DNA from: Actinomycetes bacterium
GTDB taxonomy: Bacteria; Actinomycetota; Acidimicrobiia; Acidimicrobiales; Bog-793
NCBI GenBank assembly: GCA_021838945.1
Contig: JAKCCH010000001.1
Location: 7,974-71,973, forward strand
Reading direction: 5' to 3'
Length of the DNA: 64,000 nt
The notes under the pieces are model-generated. The model did not search any database. It was not told the origin of the DNA and was given only the letters and a program-made list of their open reading frames with translations. Both the position numbers and the translations under genes were made by a program. Below, in pieces: positions 30,654 through 40,233 of this stretch (position 1 is the stretch's first letter; every line of letters begins with the position of its first letter).

Positions 30654-33600
30654 TCAGCCGGGCGCGATGCCGACCACCTTCGAGCCCGGCCGGGAGAAGG
30701 AACCGATCCGCTTCGCCGATCCGAACCCGTAGACGACGCCGTTCGCCGAGACGAGCCAGTAACCCGTGCCGTGCGGCCCTTCAGCCATCCCGGTGACCGG
30801 AGACTTCGGAGCTGTGCGCTCCTCGCCATAGGACTTCGCCGTCCCGAAACGGTAGACCTTGCCCGTCGACGTCGCGATCCAGTACCCGGTCCCCTCGGCA
30901 TCCGGCACGAGTGCCACGGCCTTGCCGGAGAGCTGCGCCGGCGACTTGAACGACTTCACGTTCCCGAAGTGGTAGACGGCACCGTTCGAGGCGAGGAGCC
31001 AGTACCCGGCGCCGGAGGGAGCCTCCGCAACGCTCACGATGGGGTACTTCGGCGCCTTCTTCAGATCGCCATGCGACTTCGCCGTCCCGTAGGCGTACAC
31101 GATGCCCTTCGACGTGACGAGCAGATAGCCGTCACCCTTCGGGGCAGCCGCGATCCCGACGACGGCCGAGCTGAGCTTGGTCGGGTGGCCGCGGGCCTTG
31201 GCCGCGCCGAACGCGTAGACCTGCCCGGTCGAAGTCGCCACGAAGTAGCCGTGGCTCAAGAGCGAGCCGGAAGCCGGCGCCAGAGCGGCGATGCCGACCA
31301 CCGTCCCCGAGGGCCGCGGCGAACCATACGGCAATGCCGACCCGAAGCTGGCCACCTTGCCCTTCGCCGTGACCAGCCAGTAGCCGGGACCGGTGTTGGG
31401 CACGACTTTCAGCGAGAGCGCGGTCGTGACGGTGCTCGCGGGTGTGTCGGAGTCGGAGACCTTGACGCTGAAGCCGTAGGTCCCGGTGTGAGTCGGCACT
31501 CCTGAGATGAGGCCGGCCGACGAGAACGAGAGCCCCGGAGGCAGGTGGCCGCTCGTGAGCGACCAGTGGTACGGCGCGACTCCACCGGTCGCCTGCAGCG
31601 TTCTCGAATAGTGCAGCCCGATCGTTGCGTTCGGCAACGTCGAGGTCGTCACCGCCAGCGGTCCGGCGTAGGTGAAGCGATCGGCGGACGACGTCACAGA
31701 AGACCCGTCCGGGCTCGTCACGGTCACGTCCACGGTTCCCGAACCCGGCGGTGCCGTCGTCTCGATCTGCGTGTTCGACTGCACCACGAAGCTGATCGCC
31801 GCCGTCTTTCCGAACAGCACGCTTGTGGCGTAGTCGAACCCGGTCCCGTCTATCTCGATGAGCGAGCCACCGGCCGAAGTGCCGGCGTGGACTGACAGAC
31901 CCGTCACCGTCGGTGGCGAGATGTAGGTGAACTGGTCCGATGTGCCCGTCGCACTCGTCCCACCCGCACCGGTCACCGTCACGTCCACGGTGCCGCTCCC
32001 CGCCGGTGCCACGACGTTGAGAGTCGTCGAGGACACGAAGCTCACCGACGTAGCCGCGGTCGATCCGAACGCGACCGTCGAGGTCGGCGAGAAGCCCGTG
32101 CCCTCGACCGAGACCGTCGTGCCGCCCTTGGCTGGCCCGGTCGATGCGGAGAGCCCGGTCACCGTCGGTGGCTGCGGGTTCGGCTCCGACTGACACGTCA
32201 TCACGAGCGTCAGCCCGTCCTGTGGCGGTGGCACGTCGAAGGGAGACGTGACGACGTCGCTGACCGAAGGCTGGCCGGGCGCGTAGCAACCCGTCTTCGA
32301 GGCTTCGATCTCGTACCAACCGGGGACCACGTTCCACGCGAACTGCCCTCCGGCGTTGGAGATCTCCGGGTTCGTCGAGGGCTGCGTGACGACCGATCCC
32401 GATGGGATCGCCTGGTACGGCCCTGCTGCGCCACCGGACGCCGACCCGAGGATCGTGACCGTCGCCCCCACGATCGGGTTCCCCTTGTCGTCGAGCACCG
32501 TTCCGGACGGGTCGATGTACATGTTCCAGAGCTTCTGGAGGAGGTTGAGCGACGCGCCGAGAGCGAGGTCCATGATGTCGGTCGGCACCTGTGCGACAGC
32601 ACAGGCACCCCCGATGATGCCGCCCGGCTGGGCCGAGGAGCACCACATCGAGAAGGCCGTGAGGGCGATCCCGCCGACCGGCCCGAGAGCGAAGTCGAGG
32701 AAGCTGCTCTCGAGGGAGCTGTCGGCCATGACCTCCGCGAGCGTGTCACTCAGGCTCCCGAAACCGCCCGCGAAGTCCTCTTCCTCGGCGATGTCGCTCG
32801 CGAAGACGTCGCCGTTCATGAGCGACATGAGGTTGTCGCCGATGGACAAGCTGTTGCCGATCCAGTCCGTGCTGCCGTTCCATTGCAGCACCGCCGTCCA
32901 GTTGCCGCTGTTGTCCGGCGGGGTGTTGCCCTGCGTCACCGCATACGTCGCGGAGCTCGAGAGCGACGAGAGGACGGCGCTCGGGTCCGGCATGGTGCCG
33001 CCGAGCCCCTCCGACAGCGGTGGCGCGTTCGAGATCGACTGCGCCGGAGGCGCATCGCAGAAGGAGAGTCCCGAGGTCGGACACGACGTCGGCGTGCCGG
33101 TGCTCGGCGGGGTCGGTATCTGCTGAGGGGTCGACGGAGTCGGCGCCGTCGCCGAGTAGGCGAACTGGTCGGCACTCGAGGTGGTGCTCGTGCCCCCGCT
33201 CGTCTCGACGGTGACGTCGACGGTGCCGGCGCTCGAGGCCGGCGGCACGTAGGCGATGATCTCCTGATCGTTGACGACGCTGAAGATCGAGCGTGTCGAC
33301 CCGAAGAACACCTGCTGGGCGGTCGTGAATCCTGTGCCGCTGATGAGAACTGTCCCTCCGCCGGACACATTGCCGCTAGCAGGTGCCACTCCGGTGACGG
33401 AGAGGTAGGTGAACGTCGCGAGCGAGCTCGGGGACGTCGTTCCCGACGGCGTCGTCACGGTCACCGACACCTGGCCGGAACCGGGCGGGCTTACGGCTGT
33501 CACCTCGGAGTCGGACACGACCGTTACATCGGCGGCGGCGGCGCTTCCGAAGTGGACGGCGGTGGCCCCGGTGAAGCCGTGGCCGAAGATCGTCACCTTC

Positions 33601-36600
33601 GTGCCGCCGGACGTCGGCCCGGCGTAGGGCAGCACTGCCGAGAGCGGGGCGCAGTACACGAACGGCGCCACGGTGACGTTGCCGTGCACGGGCGCAAGCG
33701 GCGGGATGGAGCCGGTGTAGCTGCCGGAACCGGGCGGGCTCTCCGTGAGAGGGACGTCGCGCACGATCGTCGTCCCGGTCTGGGTGTCGGTGCCCTGGAG
33801 GACGGCATCGGCCATCCCTCCCGGGCAACCGGTCACCGTGACTGTGGACGCCGACCCCCAGAAGATGGTCGGCACTCCGCTCGTCTGTCCGTTCACGCTT
33901 ACGCCGGACGGGATCGTCGCCTCCGGCGCCATGTCGACGACGATGCCGGTCGCACTCGACCCGGCACTGACCGTCACAGGACCGTACGCGGCCGCCTGGA
34001 GCGCCGAGGAGCTGCCGGGACCGCCCATAGGTGGTGGGGTCGCCTGGAGCTCGTAGGTCCCAGCAGGCACGGCGATGGAGAACTGGCCGGTGGAGCCCGT
34101 CGTCCCCCCGGACACGCACTGACCACCACTCGTCGGGCACGCCTCGACCATGACGCCGCTCACGGCGGACGTCGAGCCGGCGTTCGTCGTCTCGGCGGTA
34201 CCGGAGATGGCGTCCCCGGACAGGTTCGGAGCGGTGAGCGAGACCGGCACGAGGTCCGAGGACGTCCACAACTCGGCCGGCTCACTCGAGATGACCGGCG
34301 GGTTGGTCACACCGGTGAGGGTGACGACCACCGAGTCGCCGGCGTTCACCGTCGTGTGGGTGGTAACCGTCACTGCGGACCCGTCCGCCGCGATGGACGC
34401 CGGATCGCACGACGAAGAGCGGTTCCTCGTGGTGTCGTCGACGGTCGCGCACCACGAACCACCGTTGTTGCCGAACGCGGTTCCCGCCGGGGCGAGAAGG
34501 GTCACGGTGCCCGATCCGTTGGCGAGCGCTCCGGTGGAAGACGCGGTGAACCCGACCGAGTACGTGACACCTGACTGGCCGACGGCGCCGGAGGAAGTCT
34601 CGAGGCTCCCGGACGCCGGCGTGCCGGCAGCCACGAAGGGGACCGCGTTGCTCACCGCAGGAGTCGTGTCCGAGCTTGTGGCTACCGACATCGAGTCCCC
34701 GGATCCGGACGGCGGGTTGGTGACGCCTGCCATCTCGACGACGAGGGAGTCGCCGGCGTTGATCGTGAACCCGGACGGCACGATGAAGACCGCCGCTGCG
34801 CCCCCGGCGAACAGGCTCAGGTTGTCGACGCAGCTCACCGAGTGCGTGTTGGTCGTATCCGTGACGGTGTAGTCGCAGTTGTTCCCCGAGAGGCGGGTAC
34901 CGGGGGCGCCGAGCAGCTCGACGACTCCTTCGCCGTTCGCCATCTCACCTGTCCCCGATGCGGTGAACTTCAGCGTGTAGCTCACGTTGGCGGCTCCCGC
35001 TGCGGTGGAGGAGACCGCGAGGGCCGGCGTCGAGACGGAGCCCGGCGTTGCCAGCGCCACCGAGGCCGAGGCAGCGACCGGGTCCGACGACGTCGACACC
35101 CCGATCGAATCCGGCGTCGTGGTCGGGTTGGTGGTTCCCGTCACCACGACTTGGACGCTGTCGCCCGGATTGATCGTGAAGCCCTCGTTCGTGGTGATGA
35201 CGACGGTCGAGCCGCCGTCGAGGACCTGCGGGCTCGACGCGCAGTTCTGGCTGTGCTGGGTCGTGACGTCGGTGACCGTGTAGTCGCAGCCGGTTCCGGG
35301 CCACTGCATACCGGCGGACCCCTGGAGCTCGATCCAAGCCTGCTGCCCGAGAGCGCCGGTCGAAGAGGCGGTGAAGCCGAGAGACGCAGTGACGTCCCCG
35401 GCACCGGCCGAGGCGTCGGAGAGGGTGGCGGAGACGCTCGACGGGGCGACGGGGGCCGTCAGCGACGCGCTCACCGCTACGGGTGCGGAGTCAGCCGTCG
35501 TCCAGAGCTCGAACGAGGCCGAGCCGGGCGTCGAGCCGGTGATGTCCGACGGCGGGTTGCCCATCCCGACGATCGCGACCTCGACCACGTCCCCTGCGGC
35601 GATGTCGAGGCCGTTCGGGGGAGAGAAGCTCACGATCTCCCCGGATGCGTTCACCGACAGGTTCCGGACGCAGTTGGCGGAGTGGAGGTTCGTCAGGTCG
35701 GTCACGGTGTACCCGCAGTTGTTGCCGGGGAACGTGACGCCTCCGCTGCCCACGATGGAGACGAGGTCGTTCGGACCGTCGAGAGCGCCAGTGGCGGACG
35801 CTGTGAAGCCGAAGGTGCCGGTCACCCAGCCGGCGCCCGCAGCCGTGGTCGAAAGAGACACCGATGGGCTCGACACAGACGAGCCGCTCGAGAGCGTGAC
35901 CGGCGACGAGGCGACGGGGACCGTGTCGGTCGAGGTCCACACGCTGACAGCAGCCGACGAGGCATCCGGATTGGTCATTCCCGGCAGCGTCACCTGCACC
36001 TGATCGCCCGGACGGATGGCGAAGGCGTTCGTGGAGACGGTGAGCTCGTCGCCGACCCAGGAGTCCGACAATCCCGAGACGCAGCTCGTGCTGTGCAACG
36101 TGGACAGGTCCGTCACCGTCACCTCGCAGCGGTTCCCCGCGAGGCCGGTTCCCGGCGGTGTCTCGATGACGATCCCGCCATTCGGTTGGATCCCACCGGT
36201 GGAGGAGGCCGTGAACGTGACCGTCCAGGTGGTGTCCGCCCTCCCGGCGATCGGGTCCGACACTGCGAGGCCGAGACCTGACACCGACTGCGCAGAGCTG
36301 AGGCTCAGCGCCGGGGACGCGACAAGGCCGGGGTCAGCGCCCGTGCCGATGGTCACGCCTTCGCTGCTGCTCCCCCCGGTGCTCTGGACGTACGGCGCGT
36401 TGATCTCGAGCTGGTCGCCGGCCGCGCTCGCGAACCCGTTCGTGCCGAACGTGAGGATTTCGCCATGCGGGCCCATGAGGCTCGCATGCGCGCTGTCGTT
36501 GCAAAGCTGCCAGGAGGCTCCGCTCGTGACGTCGGTCATCGTGTAGTCGCACATGTTCCCGTCGCCGAAGACCAGGCCGGACGAGAGCTCGATCGTCACC

Positions 36601-39600
36601 GGATTGCCCGCGGCTGCAGCCGTGGTCTCCGTCCAGGAGATCGTGGCGTTCGTCATCAGTGCTCCCTGCGCCACGCTGGCGAGCGAGAGGACCGGCGACG
36701 AGTCGGCGGCCGGTGATGCCCCACCCGTCAAGGAAACGCTGTTGGTGAGCGCGAACACGGTGTCGGAAGCCGTCATCACCTGGAACTGCTGCGACGTGGT
36801 CTTCGGGTTGACGGCATTCCTGGCCAGGATCTCGATCTGGTCCCCGGCGTTGATCGGGAACGGTTCCGTGATGACGAGGACGTTGTTGTCCACGCCGACG
36901 CCTAGACAAGTCGTGCTGTTGCTGGTCGTGATGTCATCCCACGTGTAGTCGCAGCCGTTGTTGGACCAGGACGTCCCCGGCACCCCGACGATCGTCACCG
37001 AGCTCGGGGTGTTTCCCGCAACGGCACCTTGGCTGGAGGCGGTGAAGTCGATCGTGTCGGTGACGCTGCTAGCGCCTGCCGCCGCTGACGAGAGAGAGGC
37101 AGAGGCCGCCGAAGGGGACACCGGGGCTGCGAGAGTGACCGCCGGAGCCGCTGCGGGAACCAGATCCGAGTTCGTCGAGACCGACAGGTCCTCGGTCGCC
37201 AGTGTGGTGTTGACCGCTCCGGTGATCGCGACGGAGACCGTGTTGCCTGCACTGATCGCGAACTGCGGCATCGCGATGTCGACGGTCGAGGGCGACGGGA
37301 AATTGAGGATGAGGCACTTGGAGGCGGTCTTCGTCGTCACATCGGTGACCGTGTAGTTGCACCCGTTGCCCGGGAACGACGTACCAGGCGATGCCCGGAG
37401 CTCGATCGCGCCGTCGCCCTGCGACGCATAGCTGCCTAACCCCGTCGTGGCGACGAACGTCGCCGTGTCGACGATGCCTGCAGCACCCTCCACCGGCGTC
37501 GACACGCTGAGCGACGGGCTCGTCACGGATGTACCGGTGGAAAGAGAGATCGAGCTCGACGTGCTTCGCACCGTGTCGGAGGAGGTCCAGACGGTGAGCT
37601 TCTGTGTCGAACCCGGAGGGTTCCACCCACCGATGATGGAGAGGGACACCGTGTCCCCGGCGTAGACGGTGAAGCCACTCGGCAGGGGGATGTCGACCGA
37701 GCTCCCGCCTTGGCCGATCGAGACGGCTCCGAGACAGCCGCTCGACGTGGTCGTGGTGACGTCCTCGATCTCGTAGAAGCAGTTATTCCCTCCCGGGAAG
37801 TTGGTACCCGGAACACCCTGTACCTCGATCGCTCCTGAGCCGCCTTCGAGAGCTCCGTCCGAAGAGACTTTGAACGTGACGGATTCAGTGACCCCGCTGG
37901 CCGCGCCGACGGCCGGGGTGACGGTGGCCGAGGAGAGCGAGACTGCCGAAGCCGCAGCGATCGTGACCGCCGAGGTCGTCACCGGGACGAGGTCGGACGA
38001 CGTCGACATCGTGACCGCAAGGCTCCCGGCCCCGGGATTGGTGACGTTCGTGACCGTGAGGATGACTTGATCGCCGGCACGGATGGCCAGCGGGACGGTC
38101 ACCGTGACACTGGACACCCCGTTCGAGATGCCCGGCGAGCATCCGCTCAGGCGCTGCGTGGTGACGTCGTCGAACTGGTAGTCGCAGCGGTTTCCCGGGA
38201 AGGCCGTCGGGTAGGTGCCCGCAAGCATGACGGTGCCATCGCCCGATGCGAGGCTCCCGATCGACGAGGTCGTGAACTCGAGGGTCATCGTGACCCCGGA
38301 TGCCCCCGCCGCCTTGCTCGAGAGCGTCAGCGCCGGCGAGGCAGGGGTCACCGACGTCGGCGCTGCGAGCGCCACCGACGTCGAGGCCGGCACGGTGTCC
38401 GAATCCGTGGAGACCGACAGGGTCATCGCCGCCACGGTCGGGTCGAGCACGCCGGACACCGTGAGCTGCACCTGGACACCCGCTGCGATGGACAGGTTGT
38501 TCGGAAGCGACACGGTCACGGCCGAGGAACCGCTCGGGCCACCGGCCGAGTCGAGGTTGGCACACCCGGTGCTGCCCGTCGACTGATCGGTGACGGAGTA
38601 CCCGCAATTGGCAGAGCCGGGGAAGGCGGTTCCCGAAGGACCCATGAGCGTGATCGCGCCGAAGCTCGGCTGGAGCGCACCGTTGGACGAAGCCGTGAAG
38701 GCGATCGTGTCCGTGACCTCGCTCGCGCCCTGCGCCGTGGTCGACACGACCAGGCTCAAGCCACTGACGCTCTGCGGCGCAGCCAGGGTGACGGCCGGTG
38801 AGGTGGCAAAGATGCCGTCCGAGACGGTCGCGACCGAGATGCTCGTGCTCGCGAGATCGGGGTTGGACACGTTCGTCGCCGTCACGGACACGGTGTCGCC
38901 CGGATTGATCGCCACGCCGGAATAGACGGTCATGATCGACCCGTCTCCCGCGAAGCTTGCGGAGTTGCAGTTCCCCGAGCTCTGCCCGGTGGTGAGATCG
39001 TCCACGGTGTCGCACTGACCGCCGGCGTTGAACACGGTCCCGACCGGCGCGACGAGAGTCACTCCGCCGCCGCTCGGCAGCCCGCCATCAGAGGACGCCG
39101 TGAAGCCGACCGTGTAGGTGGTTCCGGTCGCTCCCTCAGCCGTGGTGGAGAGTGCGCTCGACACGTTGCTCACCGAGCTCGTGATCCCAGGGGTACCGCT
39201 CAGCACGACCGTCTGGGTCTTCGCGGCCAGTGAGTCCGAGGAGTCGTTGAGGCTGAACTGCTCGCTGCCTGCCGACGCGTTTGTCACTCCGGACACCACG
39301 ACGTTGAGGTTGTCCCCTCCCGAGGTGCTGACCGACGGTGGCAAGGTGAAGCTCGCCGTGTTGCCGCCGTTGCCGACCGTCAAGGACCCGACGCAGTCAC
39401 CCGACTTCCCCGAGGTCACATCCTTCACCTCGTACTGACAGGCGGTCGACGGGAAAGTCGTGCCGCTCGGCGCCGAGATCGAGAACGTGCCTTCGCCGCC
39501 GACGAGCCCGCCGTTCGGCGAGCTGTCCAAGCCGAAGCTGTACGTCACGCCCGAAGCCTGACCGACGAGGCTCGACAAGCTCGCGGTGGCGTTCGCGACC

Positions 39601-40127
39601 GCCTGTGGTGGCGCGATGGTGAGCGCAGCCGACGGCGCGGCAGTCGTGTCAGACGAAGTCGAGACCTGCACCACGTCCGATCCGGCCGGCGGGTTCGTGA
39701 CACCGACCGCCGTGACGGTGACGGCGTCTCCGGCGCCGATGGCGAGAGCGCTCGGGAGGGTGAGGGTCGCTTCGCTCCCGCCGTTGGCGACGATGACGGT
39801 CGGGCAGTCAGCCGAGCTCGTCTCCGAGTTCGTCGTCGTGTCGTCGATGGTGTACGCGCAGCCCGTCGACGGGAACGACGTCCCAACGGCCGCGGACAGG
39901 GTGACCGTCCCGGACCCGCCGGCAAGCGAGCCCGAGGACGACGTCGTGAACGACACTGCATAGGTGACGCCGGTCGCCTGACCCGCAAGGCTCGTGAGGG
40001 CGGGCGTCACGACCGTGACGGTCGACGCTGCGGCGGTCGTCGATGGCAGGACCGCGATCAGGCCGGCGACGGCCAATGCCGCCCCGGCGCGATACAGGTG
40101 ACGTCGTACAGGACCAGACCCTCGCAT
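30654..40127 (-). CDS. giant secreted multidomain surface protein (3157 aa)
   Basis: An uninterrupted 9.47-kb ORF starts at ATG 40127 after agggggttaggac. Its signal peptide is MRGSGPVRRHLYRAGAALAVAGLIAVLPSTTAAA. The domain order is 14 Cys-pair modules, carboxypeptidase-regulatory-like segments, 4 IPT/TIG-like domains, an He_PIG-like Ig domain and C-terminal GYW...FG repeats. I see no LPXTG motif and no C-terminal TM anchor. Confidence 0.9.
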   Translation of the reverse strand: MRGSGPVRRHLYRAGAALAVAGLIAVLPSTTAAASTVTVVTPALTSLAGQATGVTYAVSFTTSSSGSLAGGSGTVTLSAAVGTSFPSTGCAYTIDDTTTNSETSSADCPTVIVANGGSEATLTLPSALAIGAGDAVTVTAVGVTNPPAGSDVVQVSTSSDTTAAPSAALTIAPPQAVANATASLSSLVGQASGVTYSFGLDSSPNGGLVGGEGTFSISAPSGTTFPSTACQYEVKDVTSGKSGDCVGSLTVGNGGNTASFTLPPSVSTSGGDNLNVVVSGVTNASAGSEQFSLNDSSDSLAAKTQTVVLSGTPGITSSVSNVSSALSTTAEGATGTTYTVGFTASSDGGLPSGGGVTLVAPVGTVFNAGGQCDTVDDLTTGQSSGNCNSASFAGDGSIMTVYSGVAINPGDTVSVTATNVSNPDLASTSISVATVSDGIFATSPAVTLAAPQSVSGLSLVVSTTAQGASEVTDTIAFTASSNGALQPSFGAITLMGPSGTAFPGSANCGYSVTDQSTGSTGCANLDSAGGPSGSSAVTVSLPNNLSIAAGVQVQLTVSGVLDPTVAAMTLSVSTDSDTVPASTSVALAAPTSVTPASPALTLSSKAAGASGVTMTLEFTTSSIGSLASGDGTVMLAGTYPTAFPGNRCDYQFDDVTTQRLSGCSPGISNGVSSVTVTVPLAIRAGDQVILTVTNVTNPGAGSLAVTMSTSSDLVPVTTSAVTIAAASAVSLSSATVTPAVGAASGVTESVTFKVSSDGALEGGSGAIEVQGVPGTNFPGGNNCFYEIEDVTTTTSSGCLGAVSIGQGGSSVDIPLPSGFTVYAGDTVSLSIIGGWNPPGSTQKLTVWTSSDTVRSTSSSISLSTGTSVTSPSLSVSTPVEGAAGIVDTATFVATTGLGSYASQGDGAIELRASPGTSFPGNGCNYTVTDVTTKTASKCLILNFPSPSTVDIAMPQFAISAGNTVSVAITGAVNTTLATEDLSVSTNSDLVPAAAPAVTLAAPVSPSAASASLSSAAAGASSVTDTIDFTASSQGAVAGNTPSSVTIVGVPGTSWSNNGCDYTWDDITTSNSTTCLGVGVDNNVLVITEPFPINAGDQIEILARNAVNPKTTSQQFQVMTASDTVFALTNSVSLTGGASPAADSSPVLSLASVAQGALMTNATISWTETTAAAAGNPVTIELSSGLVFGDGNMCDYTMTDVTSGASWQLCNDSAHASLMGPHGEILTFGTNGFASAAGDQLEINAPYVQSTGGSSSEGVTIGTGADPGLVASPALSLSSAQSVSGLGLAVSDPIAGRADTTWTVTFTASSTGGIQPNGGIVIETPPGTGLAGNRCEVTVTDLSTLHSTSCVSGLSDSWVGDELTVSTNAFAIRPGDQVQVTLPGMTNPDASSAAVSVWTSTDTVPVASSPVTLSSGSSVSSPSVSLSTTAAGAGWVTGTFGFTASATGALDGPNDLVSIVGSGGVTFPGNNCGYTVTDLTNLHSANCVRNLSVNASGEIVSFSPPNGLDIAAGDVVEVAIVGMGNPPSDITGSTPGSASFELWTTADSAPVAVSASLTAPVAPSSVSATLSDASAGAGDVTASLGFTASSTGALGQQAWIELQGSAGMQWPGTGCDYTVTDVTTQHSQNCASSPQVLDGGSTVVITTNEGFTINPGDSVQVVVTGTTNPTTTPDSIGVSTSSDPVAASASVALATPGSVSTPALAVSSTAAGAANVSYTLKFTASGTGEMANGEGVVELLGAPGTRLSGNNCDYTVTDTTNTHSVSCVDNLSLFAGGAAAVFIVPSGFTINAGDSLVVEMAGVTNPPSGSGDSMSVATSSDTTPAVSNAVPFVAAGTPASGSLETSSGAVGQSGVTYSVGFTASSTGALANGSGTVTLLAPAGTAFGNNGGSWCATVDDTTRNRSSSCDPASIAADGSAVTVTTHTTVNAGDSVVVTLTGVTNPPVISSEPAELWTSSDLVPVSLTAPNLSGDAISGTAETTNAGSTSAVSGVMVEACPTSGGQCVSGGTTGSTGQFSIAVPAGTYELQATPPPMGGPGSSSALQAAAYGPVTVSAGSSATGIVVDMAPEATIPSGVSVNGQTSGVPTIFWGSASTVTVTGCPGGMADAVLQGTDTQTGTTIVRDVPLTESPPGSGSYTGSIPPLAPVHGNVTVAPFVYCAPLSAVLPYAGPTSGGTKVTIFGHGFTGATAVHFGSAAAADVTVVSDSEVTAVSPPGSGQVSVTVTTPSGTTSPSSLATFTYLSVTGVAPASGNVSGGGTVLISGTGFTTAQQVFFGSTRSIFSVVNDQEIIAYVPPASSAGTVDVTVETSGGTSTTSSADQFAYSATAPTPSTPQQIPTPPSTGTPTSCPTSGLSFCDAPPAQSISNAPPLSEGLGGTMPDPSAVLSSLSSSATYAVTQGNTPPDNSGNWTAVLQWNGSTDWIGNSLSIGDNLMSLMNGDVFASDIAEEEDFAGGFGSLSDTLAEVMADSSLESSFLDFALGPVGGIALTAFSMWCSSAQPGGIIGGACAVAQVPTDIMDLALGASLNLLQKLWNMYIDPSGTVLDDKGNPIVGATVTILGSASGGAAGPYQAIPSGSVVTQPSTNPEISNAGGQFAWNVVPGWYEIEASKTGCYAPGQPSVSDVVTSPFDVPPPQDGLTLVMTCQSEPNPQPPTVTGLSASTGPAKGGTTVSVEGTGFSPTSTVAFGSTAATSVSFVSSTTLNVVAPAGSGTVDVTVTGAGGTSATGTSDQFTYISPPTVTGLSVHAGTSAGGSLIEIDGTGFDYATSVLFGKTAAISFVVQSNTQIETTAPPGSGTVDVTVTSPDGSSVTSSADRFTYAGPLAVTTSTLPNATIGLHYSRTLQATGGVAPYHWSLTSGHLPPGLSFSSAGLISGVPTHTGTYGFSVKVSDSDTPASTVTTALSLKVVPNTGPGYWLVTAKGKVASFGSALPYGSPRPSGTVVGIAALAPASGSLLSHGYFVATSTGQVYAFGAAKARGHPTKLSSAVVGIAAAPKGDGYLLVTSKGIVYAYGTAKSHGDLKKAPKYPIVSVAEAPSGAGYWLLASNGAVYHFGNVKSFKSPAQLSGKAVALVPDAEGTGYWIATSTGKVYRFGTAKSYGEERTAPKSPVTGMAEGPHGTGYWLVSANGVVYGFGSAKRIGSFSRPGSKVVGIAPG
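30657..31388 (-). repeat. six C-terminal repeats of about 40 aa (GYW[LI]V..G.V..FG.A...G), beta-propeller-like
   Basis: The six units are GYWLVTAKGKVASFGSALPYGSP, GYFVATSTGQVYAFGAAKARGHP, GYLLVTSKGIVYAYGTAKSHGDL, GYWLLASNGAVYHFGNVKSFKSP, GYWIATSTGKVYRFGTAKSYGEE and GYWLVSANGVVYGFGSAKRIGSF. Confidence 0.7.
34215..40022 (-). repeat. 14 tandem protein modules of about 135-140 aa with a conserved Cys pair (diverged at DNA level)
   Basis: The recurrent pattern is ...G(A/V)T(Y)...F(T)ASS.G.L..G.G.V.L....GT.FP....C.Y.V.D.T.....C....V....A.......I.AGD.V.V...GV.NP. Cys-pair examples are CAYTIDDTTTNSETSSADC, CDYTVTDVTTQHSQNC and CDYTVTDTTNTHSVSC. Confidence 0.8.
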
Positions 40128-40233
40128 GTCCTAACCCCCTGCCTGAGCACGATCACTCGTGACCGAATCGGACTAGCGCAAAGCTGCCGCGCGATTCCAG
40201 AAGGCAAGACGCGCGCCCTTGACGTGCCGCCCC

